This document shows, piece after piece, positions 31,615 through 45,784 of a DNA stretch of 64,000 bases (the stretch's first letter is position 1; each line of letters begins with the position of its first letter). Under the pieces are notes generated by a model. The model ran no database searches and was not told the origin of the DNA. It worked only from the letters and a program-made list of their open reading frames with translations. The position numbers were made by a program, and so were the translations under genes. This DNA comes from Eledone cirrhosa (Eukaryota), in contig OZ024742.1 in the NCBI GenBank assembly GCA_964016885.1, positions 332,754,001-332,818,000 of the forward strand. The letters run 5' to 3'.

Positions 31615-33507
31615 GTTTGTATATGTATAATAAAGCCAAAACAATGCAGGTATGGACATAGAATAAAGAATGCAAATGCAAAAGATATTGTTGACAATTA
31701 GTCTTTTAACTTAGATTTATTTAAATGTCCTTAATTTTCGAGATAATATCTCTTCTTCGGAGGGAAGTAAAGGGGTTAAACCAGTGTTCGAAATAGCTTG
31801 CCAACTCATGCTGACAGGAAATGGTATAGAGTATCTGTTCTATCTCTAATGTCAAAGAGTTAAGATTAGGTGGATAAAGAGTAGTCTCCCTTTAAAATGG
31901 TTTTTTTCTTTGTACATGCCTGTTTAAGTGTGTGGGAGAATGCATGAAGGTGTAAGTATGTGAGTGTGTGTGTGTGAGTGTGAGAAGATATGTCTATACG
32001 TAAATGTGGGCGATAGATGTTATCTCGTGTTAGAACTGGTCTTTGTGTGTGTATGTGTGAGAGAGAATAAGGGGAGGTGTAAGCGAGTGTTAGTGTGTGT
32101 GTGTGTGTGCGTGCGTGTGTGTGTGTGTGTGGGGGGTGTAAATATAGAAGCTCTATCAAGTTATATATTGGGTGTTGAGTTCTAGTCTATTATTGATTGG
32201 TGGTTGCGTTTTGTCTATAATTAGTGCTTCCTTAATTCTAAGATTGCCGAGGTTTCTTTCCTTAGTTTCTATCCTAACTGTTATGGTTTTGCCGGGGTTT
32301 TTGCATTTAACTAGGTGTTTCTTAAATGAGGAAGCGTTAGTATTGAGGTGTTCTTTTATTCTTATGTGGAGTGGTCTGGTGGTGCTACCTACGTAGAAGT
32401 TGCTGCATTTGTCACACTCTAGTCTGTATACGACGTAAGCCTGGTGGCATAGGTCTGTGTCGTTGATGGGGCAGTTGGCTAGCCTGTGGAGTGTCTTTTG
32501 GTTAGCTGTCCGCGTAGAGAAGGACCTGAGTGGGCCAGTTGGATATCTAGTCCCTCTCATCTGATAGCTCTGCGGATGGCTGTTGTTGTTTCGTCACTGA
32601 AGTGAGGGAGCTTCAGGAAGCAAGTGTTAGTGCCTCGGGTGTGGTGTCCTCTGTTCTTTCTGACACGGTTTGTGGTGGATGTCGCGTATCCGTTCAGTTC
32701 GAGTACTTCCAGGAAATGTGTGGTGTGTGTGTCTCGGTCTCTAGGGTCGGTGCATTTGTTCCGGATACGTGTTAGTTCGTTCCTTATGTATCCTAACTTA
32801 GCGCCGGCTGGGAGGGCCGATCTGAAATGTACGAACAGGTCCCTGCTGGCGGCTTTTTAATAGAAGCAGGTGTGGATGTTGCCTTCCTCTGTTACCCTGA
32901 GTTGGAAGTCCAGTAGGGATAGGGATCCGCGGTCATCGGAGTGTTCTATGCTGAACTTCATACTGGCGTCCATGCTGAAGAATGTTGTGTATATTTTATC
33001 TGCCTCCTCACGGGCTGATGTAAGGATGAGTATGTCATCTACATATCGGGTGAAGAAGGCATGGGAATGGCAGGTTTTGAGGGCTCGGCATTCTAGCTGG
33101 TTCATATAGGTGATGGCCAGCAGGCCCGATAGGCTAGATCCCATGGGTAATCCTCTTGTCTGTCTGTATGTGTGGTGGTGGAAGGTGAATTAGGTGGTGT
33201 CTACTGTGACGGACAAAAGTTGGTGTATGTCCGTCGGGTGGAGGCCGTAGCAGTGGATGTCCTCTGCGACCACGCAGTCTGTCAATAAATCGACAGCTGG
33301 ATGAGCGGTGACTGTTGTGTAGAGGGAGACAACGTCGAGGCTAAAGGCGTATCTATTTAGTTTAAGTTGTTCTGGCTGGAGTTGGTGTAGTCTACGTATA
33401 ACTTCGTCGGAGCTACTGACATGCCCGGGAAAGGTGGAAAGTAGAGGCTTGAGGACCTGGGAGAGAAGCCAGGAAATTTTGTATAGGGGTCCTTCTATGC
33501 TAGAGAC
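31610..33507 (-). mobile_element. Penelope/Poseidon-like PLE, 5'-truncated, with 3' UTR/pLTR
   Basis: Coding remnant followed by a CA-rich UTR and an HHR-like motif at 31729-31763, ending in (TA)n. The 3' boundary is approximate. Confidence 0.75.
32156..33507 (-). pseudogene. PLE RT + GIY-YIG pseudogene (Penelope/Poseidon-like)
   Basis: FSLDVVSLYTTV, PMGSSLSGLLA, RYVDDIL, LSLLDF, VVYRLECDKC..YVGSTTRPLHIRIKEH; in-frame stop at 32857 and a frameshift near 32560. Confidence 0.92.
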
Positions 33508-35380
33508 TTATTTGCGTCTTAGTACTATTCTTGTGGGTCTTGATGAGGTGGTAGAAAGTGGGCAGTTGAGGTGGTAGAAAGTGGTGCAGTTGAGCTTAAC
33601 TTAACTTTATATATATACACACATGTGTGTGTGTGTGTATGTGTGTGAATGTTTTTGCGTGTGTGTGTAAGGCGCATAGCTATATCCCATTTGTGTGAAA
33701 GGTAATTATTGTAATACAATACCCAATGCCGTCAGTTAGATTGAACAATCCATAATGTCGCCCAACCATTAAGCGCCAACTGCAAACTTGCGACGTAAGT
33801 CTTTCCTGAAAAAAAACAAAACACCTGATGATGTTTAAACTTAAAATATATTCATTCCAACAACAGAATACCCATGAAATGCCTTAATCAAAGTTAAAGT
33901 ATGTTGGTTTTTATTTTTTTGTTTTTGTTTTATGTTCTAAACATTTGACTGACCACACTCCTGTGATTATTCTATGGCTACAAGACTTGGAAATGTCCTC
34001 TTCAGCAAGAAACTATTATACATATATCCTTGAGGGGGAACAATGACTCGCCCATCTTCATTTTTCATCGAAGTGGCTATAAGACACCTTCGAATATATA
34101 TCATCATTTAGCTAAAGAGGGAAAATGTCGTTCGCATCATTCTCTATCGTGTTCTTGAATGTTGTCATTGCTCCGGTGGATGAAGTGCTTTATACGTCCT
34201 TCTAACTCAATTGTGCCACGCATGCGGGACACAGTTTTCATCAGTCTTAGAAGGCCCACTAACAAGATATTGATATTATCTGACATTGCTGGCGTCCGGT
34301 GGCGTAAGTATTTTGAGGCCATTTGTTTGGCACGCACGCACACATTTTCTTTCACCATTTCCCTTACTATATATGTATATATATATATATATATATATAA
34401 TCTTAGGAAAACCAACAAAGAAAAGACAATACAACGAACGAAAACAAGGTAAAGCGAGAAACTATTTTTTTAAGGAGAAACATTTAAACAATATTTTTAG
34501 AAAATAAAGATACAAATGAGAGACACAGAACTACAGGGTCATCGGCCATTGAGGTGCACTTTGGTTGCCTCGTCCCCTTGACCCTACTTGTTCTTCTGAG
34601 TTCTTAGCTTCTTACACAATTCAAATCGCTGTCCTATGGAGACAAAACAGCAACGTACAGCAATTAAGCACTGACAAATAAACATAGAATTTCAAGTGAG
34701 GATAAGGAGATTATCGTAGATCTTATAACACGAATCTCTCATGAAAAAATCGAAGGTAAAAAAAAAATAAAAAATAAAGGGAGAAACAAGGCAAGAAGAA
34801 AAAAGCAAGATATCATATTAAATATGTGACTGAAATTAATGGTGAGGAGAAGAAAGAACACGTTCTACAAAGAGAGGACCAAGCGACGAACAAAAACAGG
34901 CAACATGAAAAACAATTTTTTTAAAGAAGAAACCTTAAAATATCATTTTTTAAAAACAAAGAAAAAAAAAAGATATTTACATATATATGCATGTGTTCGT
35001 GTGTTTGTGTGTGTTCGTGTCCGGTAGCATAGCAGTTCGACTGATGAATCGAAAATAATATACCTGAAAAAATATGTACTGAAATCCCTTCAAAATGATG
35101 CTACAGCATGATCACATTCCAATGACTATAAACAGTAAAAGTGTAAACGCGTGGAATACGAATGTGGTTATATATTTTAGGGAAGAATACTTGTTTTACT
35201 TCAAACAGGAATACATATTGAGACTAAAGTCACAACCATTAAGAGCTCCACACAATTAGCATCCTGCCCACTGGAATGTAATGTATTTCCACCGGTTATG
35301 ACGATGAATTTTTCATTTGCTTGAGCAACAGAATAGCCTGCTCATGTATGTAGGTAGGTGTTCTATGTTGTATTATTATA

Positions 35381-35569
35381 AGGGCGGTGGATTGGCAGTA
35401 TCGGTAGAGGGTCGGACGCCATGCTTTCCAGCATAGTTACGTCCATTTACGATCTGAGTTCAAATCCCGCCCAGGTTGACTTTGCCTTTCATCCTTACGG
35501 GGTCGATAAAATAAAGTACCAGGCACTGGGTACTTGCTGGCCTTGTGCCTAAAGTAGAAACAATTATTA
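35381..35569 (+). mobile_element. tRNA-derived SINE, near full length (same family as 8373-8564)
   Basis: GGCGGTGGATTGGCAGTATCGG..GAGTTCAAATCC..GACTTTGCCTTTCATCCTTACGGGGTCGATAAAATAAAGTACCAG..AGTAGAAACAATTATTA. Confidence 0.85.
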
Positions 35570-35865
35570 GAACATAGGAAACTCAGTGCGACACGGTGTT
35601 TGATAATTTATATGGTAATGCTGGCCGTGTGAATTTCAGGTACAATCTTCCCGACTGACTTATAGATAGATTGAATTTATGCAATTTCATTCACAACGTT
35701 TGGATTGATCAGATTTTGTAGTAAATGCAATAAGATTGAACTCGAAAGCTTATGATTGAGAAGGGATCGTTGTACATATTCAGTCGTCATGCTTCTACAC
35801 GAAAGGACAAGAGAACTTTTCTTAAGATGGGATTTCTGTATTCTGTTGTTATTACTTTTACAACA

Positions 35866-36110
35866 TCACTTCCTCAGAGCTGTCAACTCTCCCTGTCCGA
35901 CGGGTAGATCTCCTATCCACTTTGGGATGGGTGAGATATGTCTTCCCTTGTGAAAATGGGTATAGCTTGCATTATGTAAACCCCTCCCCCCATTTGCCTC
36001 ATTTCCCTCCGCTTTGGGGCACTTTCTTTCAAGGTATACTCCGTTTGGGCTTTTAAAGGTTGGCAGGTCTGCTTCCTGCTTCTCTAAACCAGAAAGCTGC
36101 AGACCATTTT
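35866..36110 (-). CDS. Candidate terminal coding exon of an unidentified host gene
   Basis: Strong acceptor ccatcgttttcttctttcag|A; open frame NGLQLSGLEKQEADLPTFKSPNGVYLERKCP...LTALRK*; GC higher than the flanks; no domain recognised. Confidence 0.35.
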
Positions 36111-37121
36111 CTGAAAGAAGAAAACGATGGAAATTGGTGAGACAAGTGAAGTTATACATATTTGCTTCAGCTGTTAGAAATTGCAGCAAAATCTCCCTCA
36201 AATATCACTCCAAAGAATACAATGATTGATGGAGACCTGGGTGTCTTTCCAATGGGGAAAAAAACGGGATGCATATTCAGATTGAATTTATTTTAATCGA
36301 AGTGGCTAAGCAGCAACAACGATAATATCAGCAATCAAAATCAAGGAATTTATAGCCAAATCAATTCCCCGTCCATTTATTCATATGTGATGGTGTGCGT
36401 GCGTGTGTACGTGCGTGTTTGAGTGGGAATTCCTGAGTATGTGTTGTATATGTTCGTATGTGTTCTATTGATCTATATGTGTATGGTTATATGTTGTCAT
36501 TTCGTGTGTGCTGTGTGTGTGTGAGCATGTGCGTGTGTGTGTGAGCATGTGCGTGTGTGAGTGGGCGCGTCAAATCGTATGTGAATCTGTAACGTGTGCC
36601 ATAGGTTTTGTATGTGTTTGTGTATATATTGGTGTACTGATGCATACATATGTGGTTATGCATGTTTATAGTGCATGTAAATGCGGGTGTGTGCGTTTGT
36701 GTGTGTGTAGATGTGTGCAAATATGTGTGTATGATTATACATATTTATCGTGCCTGTGTGTGTAAGTACATGTGGAGATGGGCGTTTGTGTGTGTACGAT
36801 GGTTTGTTTATGTATACTAACAGTGTATGTCTACTAGTGGGTTTGTGCGTGTATGTATCTGATTGTGTATGTTTCTATAGTGTAAGCCCGCGTTATTTCA
36901 TTATCATTTGTATGTATATGTATGCGTATAAATGTGTGTGTGTCTGTATTTGTGTGAGTGTGCGTTTGTAAGGAAGTAGATTGTAGGCTAAGCAATAATT
37001 TCTAAACTACTGCTTAAAAGGCTCAAGCGGATTAGAAGGGTCACCAGGTACACTTTACTTAACTTGACATCACGTGACACTCAATCGACATTTACAGGAT
37101 TAATGGTATTACCAAGACCAC

Positions 37122-37464
37122 TAATAATTGTTTCTACTTTTGGCACAAGGCCAGCAAATACCCAGTACATTACTGGTAATTTATTTTATCGACCCCGTAA
37201 CGATAAAAGGCAAAGTTAACCTCGGCGGGATTTGAACTCAGATCGTAAAGGGACGTAACTATGCTGCAAAGCATGGCGTCTGACTCTCTACCGATACTGC
37301 CAATTCTAATAATTGTTTCTACTTTTGGCACAAGGCCAGCAATTACCCAGTGCAATACTGGTACTTTATTTTATCGACCCCGTAAGGATGAAAGGCAAAG
37401 TTAACCTGGCAAGGGCGTCAAAGCATGGCATCCGACCCTCTACTGATACTGCCAGTCCACTGCC
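37122..37464 (-). mobile_element. Two tandem SINE copies (37122-37305 and 37307-37464)
   Basis: Both are reverse complements of the 35381 SINE; the second lacks the B-box segment. A 3'-end fragment also lies at 52528-52590. Confidence 0.85.
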
Positions 37465-37659
37465 AATTCTAATAATAATAGATTTTATTATCGGCACACG
37501 ACCACAAATTAGGGAGAGGGAACAGCAGATGGAATCGAAATTATACCCTTACTCACAAGAGGAAGAACAATAAATTTGACGTTACAGTGATTTGAAATTA
37601 GGACTTCAGGATAGAATGACAAATACTACAAAGCTTTAATAACGTTTTCTAATTCAAAC

Positions 37660-37930
37660 ACACGAATGAGCTAGCGGCAGTGTCGGGAACTTGTTTCCAT
37701 TGTGGAGGAGGAGTGCCTTCAAACTTGTGGTGGAGCTGTCTATAAATAGCCTTAGGCACAAACGGTACCCCAATAACGTCAAACAGTCCATGCACGTCAT
37801 GGCAGAAGCAGAGGCCATCCCCAAGTGTGTAAAAGCCTGAGAAAGGTTCGCGTCGACTTCTCTGACTTGTCACCTGCACTTCCTCCGTGACCAAGTTCCA
37901 CTGCTTCATCCTGGAGACGAATGCTTAAAA
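37660..37930 (-). pseudogene. DNA transposase fragment, Chapaev3 (CMC)-like
   Basis: SRMKQWNLV..DGLCFCHDVHGLF, then after a frameshift RLFIDSSTTSLKALLLHNGNKFPTLPLAHS. The family assignment is from memory of this motif. Confidence 0.7.
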
Positions 37931-38612
37931 CACAACTTACCCTTTATTCAGAGTGCGCAAATCCATTATCAATAAATCTCTTTAATCCACTTTTTAACAA
38001 TTTTATACTTTATTGCACTTTTATAATTTTCTTTCGGTATTACTCTTTATTTTATAATTTTAATTTAGCCTGAAACATATATAAAAAAATCATTTAACAT
38101 AAGCAAATTAAACTTACATACAACGTAAAATCCAGCATACAAATAATTCTTGTGAATAGCTTAGAATTTTTACAAACCCAAACTTTTAACTGTTTAATAG
38201 CAGTTTTTTTTATTTATTTGGGACCCAAGCAACACAAAAAAGTGATTACAAGCTAGGAACAGAGAAAAACAATTTTTTTTTACACGGTGTTATCAGAGGG
38301 TCCCTCATATGTGAAGTATTGTTCCATGTGGCCACAATATATGTTTTCCAAACGAATAAAACATTGCGTACGTGGGCGGGAGATGAATTTAAAAAAGACT
38401 TCCAGAAATATCTCACGACCTAGCCTGTTCGTTTAACTCAACTACAGGGACTTATAAAATAATTATTTTATAAATATATATATAAACTGAAATATACATG
38501 AATGTCCAAGAATCACAGGGATGGCTCAATGATTAGATCACCGATTACTGAGGTTAATCACGTGACTAACTTAGTTCCCCGATTAAACAATAAGACTGGT
38601 TAGGCTACATAT

Positions 38613-38755
38613 CATAGATAAGAAAGCATGGGCGGGTAGCTCTCTATAAAGCATATATAAGGTAGCTTGGACAGGTAAGCCTAAATAAAAGATATATAAG
38701 CCAACATGTATAAGTAAACCTATATATACCATAGATAAAATAGCATAAACCGGTC
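38613..38755. repeat. Degenerate 39-bp tandem repeat (~3.6 copies)
   Basis: Units begin CATAGATAAG / CATATATAAG / GATATATAAG / CATAGATAAA at 39-bp spacing. Confidence 0.6.
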
Positions 38756-38798
38756 CACATACCCTCCCACAAGTATATGTGTATATATGTTTGTATAT

Positions 38799-38829
<31 letters not shown>

Positions 38830-40054
38830 ATATATACACATATACACACACAGAGCGAGAGAGAGAGTGAACGAGGTGGAGGGCGAGAGTGGGCTGAGCC
38901 ATGCCTGTAGATATAGGGAGACTTGTCTAGTAAATCCACTCAACTAATTGGCAGGAACATATGTTATCGACAAGAGAGAATCTAGGCGGCCGTTCGACCT
39001 GCTAGAAATAATACCCAATCTTCCTAGTCACATCCGGCTCTCTTCAAAACGAAAATACACATTATACCATGCAAAATATAATACACAGTAGATAAAAAAT
39101 ATAATGTAGTCTGAGACGGTTTGCTTTGTTTATAGGTAAATTCAATCAGAGCTGACAATGTGTTAAACGAAACAACATTCAACAGATTGATGCGAGTTAG
39201 AAAATGTAGTTCTAATTATAAGCAATATAAAGAATAGTCACAACTGAAACATCTTTTCAGCATAATGCAGTGTCATTTAAATTATGTCACCCTGGACGAA
39301 TCCATCAACCACATGGCTATATACACTGAAGTATTTGAACTGAAGCAAGAATGGCTGTGTGGTTAAACATCTCTTCAATGCAAATCGGTTCTATGCAAAT
39401 GTGAGACTCCTGATAAGTGATTTTAACCCAGCCTTTTGAACCCTGATAGATGGAAATAGAGAGGAAACCCGTCGTGGGGAAACTTCCGCTTAATATGTAA
39501 TAAGACCACCATTGCAGCCATGATTTCCTAGGCGGAGACAGCCTCTGGTTCCACAGGTCTCTCGTCTAAGGAAAACTTCCTCCTTTCTTCTTACCAGTCT
39601 CAATGTCTCTAAAAATGGCAATTTGTGCTGCGTTTTCTCCACTCTCTTGGATTTTAGAGTGATGTCGTTTATTTCAGTTGAGAATTGTTCCTATCATTTG
39701 TAACGAATTAATGGTTATGGAGACTGTCATTTCATCATTAATTTTCTTTGTCACTTAGATTATATAGGTAAAGTGCCTTTGAATGGAAGGGAACCGGCGA
39801 CCTTTCTGCTATATGTCCTTTACTGTATCCACTCGCCCATACACATGATAGCAACTTATTACAATACAACCATTGTGAAACGAAAAAAAAAAAAAGGAAA
39901 GAGAAGGAAATAAAAGATCAAATATGGATGGCTGGTCTTTAAAATAACTAGGTCTTTATAAAACACAACTCACATCCAAGATTATACTCCATAATCTACA
40001 CTGAATATTCTCTATCTTTCGATGTTAAAGACTTTAAATATATATATTATATAT

Positions 40055-40129
<75 letters not shown>

Positions 40130-40195
40130 TTATATATTATATATATATATATATATACATATATGTGTGTGTGTGTGTGTGTGTGTTTGTATGTA

Positions 40196-40257
<62 letters not shown>

Positions 40258-40329
40258 TATAAATGTATATAGATATATATATATGTATATATATATATTA
40301 ATATATATGTATATATATATATATTAATA

Positions 40330-40446
<117 letters not shown>

Positions 40447-40801
40447 ATAAAATCTACATTTCCCTGATATTTCAGATGTACGCATTAAACTAAATAATTC
40501 CAATGGACTCTTCATGTTGCTTCTATTAATTTTCTATTCCTTCTATTTTTTATATCTTCTCTAGCTTCTAATCTTTCTTTCAGCTTCACTGAAGCTCCAT
40601 CAGATACACTGGTTGACGAAAGAAAACAGCATTCGTCAGATTAGTCAATCGTGAACGCCATTATTTTCGTATAGTAATCAGACGTAAACCTTTAAGAAGA
40701 AAGTTTCTAGAAGCATAATAAAAACAAATTTATGTATGTATTTACACATAATACACCTACACAAACATACACAGACATACACAGACACATACACACACAT
40801 G

Positions 40802-40833
<32 letters not shown>

Positions 40834-40882
40834 TATACATATGTATAGTAGTATATATCTATAATTTGAATACATAATTTGT

Positions 40883-41003
<121 letters not shown>

Positions 41004-41164
41004 TATGTGTGTGTGTGTGTGTCTGTGTGTGTGTATCTGTGTGTGTGAGCGTGGGTATTTTTATATGTTTTACTTTTTATTTGCCCTGTATGAGTATGTG
41101 TGTTATTAGATTTCAATCTCACCCTCTGTCTGTTCGTTTGACTATTCGTCTCTCTCTATTTCTG

Positions 41165-41198
<34 letters not shown>

Positions 41199-41424
41199 CA
41201 TATACAAACACGTGTAAACACATGCACTCAGAGATATATATTTACATAAATATATGTATATATACAACAGTTGATCGTCTTAGTAAATGGAGTTCAATAA
41301 GTATAAATATGGTACAACCTAAATAATCATTAATTGCTCTCGATTTGATGTATATATGTATGTTCGTGTGTGTGTGTGGTTGTGTGGCTGTGTGTGTGTG
41401 CGTGTGTGTGTGTGCATGTATGTA

Positions 41425-41480
<56 letters not shown>

Positions 41481-41482
41481 TG

Positions 41483-42150
41483 AAGAAAAAAAGATGAAAT
41501 CGAAAATGGAACTGGAGTCTTATTTTTAAAAAAATATATATATTTATTTGTTTCCTTTACCGGTTTCGCAGTTCTTCTGCTTTTCAAAAGTAGAGTTGAG
41601 ATGGAGGGTCTGTGGTTTTTCTCACATCTGGTTGGTCTCTGAATGTTACTTGTTTTATATAAAAAAAAGTGGCTCGAAATGGCATGTTTTTCAAGAAGTA
41701 ATTTGATTGGTTGGTCAATACTTATAATAAATTTCGCGCCAGTTCGCGTTACAAAGTTCTTCAAACAAGGGGGGGGGGGTAGTCACAGGTTGTTTTTTCA
41801 TATATGAATGTTTGAATTTCTTTTTACTTAAAAAAAGGGGGCTCACGACGGCTTTTTTTTAATAAACGTAATTTGATTGGTTATAAATGAAATTATCGCT
41901 GTCACGTGAACAAGTTTTCATTAAATTTTCGCGCCCTTATTTGGAAATCTATTCTGTAGCCTTTTTAGAGAATTTTATGACAAGAGAAAGATAATGGTCA
42001 AGAAAAATTGGATGGGAGAATGGTTCTGTTTCAGTGAATATGGTTAGTTCGCTGGGGTGTCAGAATTCCGATTTTCTATTGAAGTAAAGAAAGTAAAGAT
42101 ATGTATGTTTATTTGTGTGCTTGTGTGTGTGCGTGTGTGGGTGTGTGGGT

Positions 42151-42207
<57 letters not shown>

Positions 42208-44146
42208 TGTGTGTGCGTGTGTTTGAATTTATTTTTACTTAAAAAAACTTAGTCATAACATACTTAGAAGTCCAGATATATGAACAGTCCAAATCAAAAT
42301 ACGGATTGAACTTCCACAAATATTTATCAGAGAATTGGAAACGCTACTTGGATGATTGTCTTATTCTTTGGTCCCCCACACTCGACCAACTTAATCTTTA
42401 AAAAAGACACAAATATTGAAACTGACACGCACTACAAACCAACAGATTCCAAACAATACCTGCTATTCACCTCCAACCATCCAAAGCACACGAAGACGAA
42501 CATTCCTTTTAACCTAGCAAGAAGAATTTGCACAATTGTCTCCAATTATAGAACGAGAAATAAAAGACTTAAAGAATTAAAGGAAATTCTTCTCGAAAGA
42601 GAGTACCCACCATTACCAATAAATAATGGAATAGAAAGGGCTAAAGCAATAGGCATTGATGAATTACGAAAACAGAAACAAATTCAAGGTACGTCCAATA
42701 TTTCTATCATATATCTCAACACCCAACCCAAGAAATGCGGAAGCTTACAACACTATTCACAAGAACATCCCACTACTAAAACAAAACCCAAGAATGAAAA
42801 AAGCCCTTGAAACATACAAAATAATCAAAACCAAAAGACAACCGAAATCACTGAAAACATTACTCACCAATGCCAAATTACCTACCACAAACCCACAACC
42901 AAGTGTCAAAAAATGTGGTCGCTCTAATCGTGGAACCTGCACACACCTCATTGAAGGCAACACGTATACATTTAAATCAGGACAAAATGTTACTGTAAAA
43001 AATCACTTCACTTGCTCATCAAAAAATTTAATTTATGCCATTAAATGTAAAGGATGCAATGAAGATTATATAGGACAATCTAAACTCACACTCAGAAACA
43101 GAATGACAGTTCATCGCCAACAATTACGAGATCCAACCACGAGACAGATACCACTAAGCGCATATCTAGACATATGCACAAGTAATAAGACACCCAAATT
43201 CCAAGTCTTCCCATTTTACCTGTGCGCTAACAATACAGCCGAACAAATACAAATAAATAAGGAAAATATGTTTATTCAAAAATATAGACCAGCATTAAAT
43301 ATGGTTTAATATACATTATGTCAACACCATAACATGCTAACCATCCAAACATACACATACACACACACATAACACCTTCTACTTTAGAAAATAAAAACCC
43401 GAACTAAATAAACCTTAACATACGTTTGCACTGACAATACAACAGAACAAATACGAATAAGTAAGGAAAATATGTTCATTCAAAAATATTCCTACTAAAG
43501 GAATCATTTTCCTACACACACACGCACAATATATATATATTCTCTTCATCTTAACATGCTAACCATACTCCCACACACATAACACCCATACACACACACA
43601 ACAACCCCCACCCCCCACACACAACTCCCTCCCCCATTTCTACCAATAGAATCACTTTCCTACACACATATATACACACACACAAAATATATATATTCTC
43701 TCCATCTTAACATACTCCCACACACACACATATAACACCCAAAAAGCACACACACACAACTCCCTCTCCCATTTCTACTAATAGAATCATCTTCCAATAC
43801 ACACACACACACACACATACACAAGCACACAAATAAACATACACATCTTTACTTTCTTTACTTCAATAGAAAATCGGAATTCTGACACCCCAGCGAACTA
43901 ACCATATTCACTGAACCAGAATAATTCTCCCATCCAATTTCTCTTGACCATTATCTTTTGCTTGTCAAAAAATTCTCTAAAAAGGCTTCAGAATAGATTT
44001 CCAAATAAGGGCGCGAAAATTTACTGAAAACTTGTTCACGTGACAGCCTTAATTTCATTTATAACCAATAAAATTACGTTTATTAAAAAAAAGCCTTTGT
44101 GAGCCCCTTTTTTTAAGTAAAAATAAATTCAAACACACACACCACA

Positions 44147-44216
<70 letters not shown>

Positions 44217-44853
44217 CCACACAAATAAACAATGACATCTTTACTTTCTTTACTCAATAGAAAATCTGAATTCTGACACCCCAGCGAACTAACCATATTC
44301 ACTGAACCAGAACAAATGCCCCATCCAATTTCTTTTGACCATTATCTTTTACTTGTCATAAAATTCTCTAAAAAGGCTACAGAATAGATTTCCAAATAAG
44401 GGCGCGAAAATTTAATGAAAACATGTTCACGTGATAGCCATAATTTCATTTATAACCAATCAAATTACGTTTATTAAAAAAAAAGCCTTCGTGAGGCCCC
44501 CTTTTTTTTAAGTAAAAAGAAATTCAAAAACTCATATATGAAAAAAAACAACCTGTGACCCCTCCCCTTTGTTTGAAGAACTTTGTAACGCGAACTGGCG
44601 CAAAATTTATTATAAGTATTGATCAACCAATCAAATTACTTCTCGAAAAACCTGGCATTTCGAGCCACTTTTTCCATATAAAACAAGTAATATTCAGTAA
44701 CCAACCAGATGTGAGAAAAACCACAGACCCTCCATCTCAACTCTACTTTTGAAAAGCAGAAGAACTGCGAAACTGGTAAAGGAAACAAATAAATATATAT
44801 ATTTTTTAAATAATAAGACTCCAGTTGCATTTTCGGTTTCATCTATTTTTCTT
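41483..44853 (+). mobile_element. Neptune-like PLE, 5'-truncated copy with ~750-bp inverted pLTR at its 5' end
   Basis: 41483-42247 is the reverse complement of 44107-44853; the body 42248-43309 matches 49609-50761; ~43820-44130 is tandemly duplicated at ~44220-44530. Confidence 0.92.
42248..43309 (+). pseudogene. Disrupted RT C-terminus + GIY-YIG of the Neptune-like PLE
   Basis: Highly similar to the 48920-50761 protein, with an internal deletion near 42390 and a frameshift near 42700. Confidence 0.93.
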
Positions 44854-44912
44854 TATAGTTTCACTCGTATAGGACACCTCGGTTATTTTTCATTTTGTAA
44901 AAAAAACCTCAC

Positions 44913-44945
<33 letters not shown>

Positions 44946-45702
44946 GATGAGATTCTACAGGACTAGAACTGTTTCATTCTTTAGAAATCATCACGAATCG
45001 AGATTCCTGATGAGCAACCATAGTTGAATAATGTACTCATTAGTTGAGAAGTTACATTTATATTCGATATAGAAATGACTTCTACAGAACTAGAACTGTT
45101 TCATTTAGTTTACATCATGTGATATGTTGAGACAATATGCATTTCTGTTCATATACAGATACATGACATACAGAAACAGAAGCCATTGGTAAATAATTAT
45201 CGCGATAATATGCATTTATTAATTTTGACACATATGCATACATTCATACATAATTACATCCGTACACATATAAACACACACACACATACACTAACACACA
45301 AACATGCGCGCGCACATCCTATATACATATATATATATATATATCATTGAGTAAAATTACATGAGGCCGGACTGGCGAAATTCCTTCTAAGATTTATCAT
45401 ACCAAACATTATGTACATCATCAGGTCTTTATTACAAAATAGTTATATAATAAAGAAATAATTGTAAACACAATCCAAGAGGCTAAAAAAAAAACAAAGA
45501 AAAATGTTTTTGACTCGAAGGCGATCAAGAGGGCCAGTTGTTGTCAGTTTGGCTGACCACCTATATGTATATAACTTGTGATTACGAACATCGGCCACCG
45601 TCCAGATTTCACTAAAAAATCGTTGGTCAATCCGATGCTAACCTCTAGTGTAACGCTGATTGGACTGAACATGAAACCAAATATACATACATACACCCAC
45701 AT

Positions 45703-45784
<82 letters not shown>

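Noticed and set aside
34225-34250. Minus-strand CTGATGAAAACTGTGTC
   Set aside because: No room for stem II; likely a chance match.
35035-35070. CTGATGA-ATC-GAAA
   Set aside because: No stem I or stem II; lies beside a decayed SINE tail.
45005-45040. CTGATGA-GCAAC cata GTT-GAAT
   Set aside because: Core incomplete (GAAT) and no stem III or stem I pairing.
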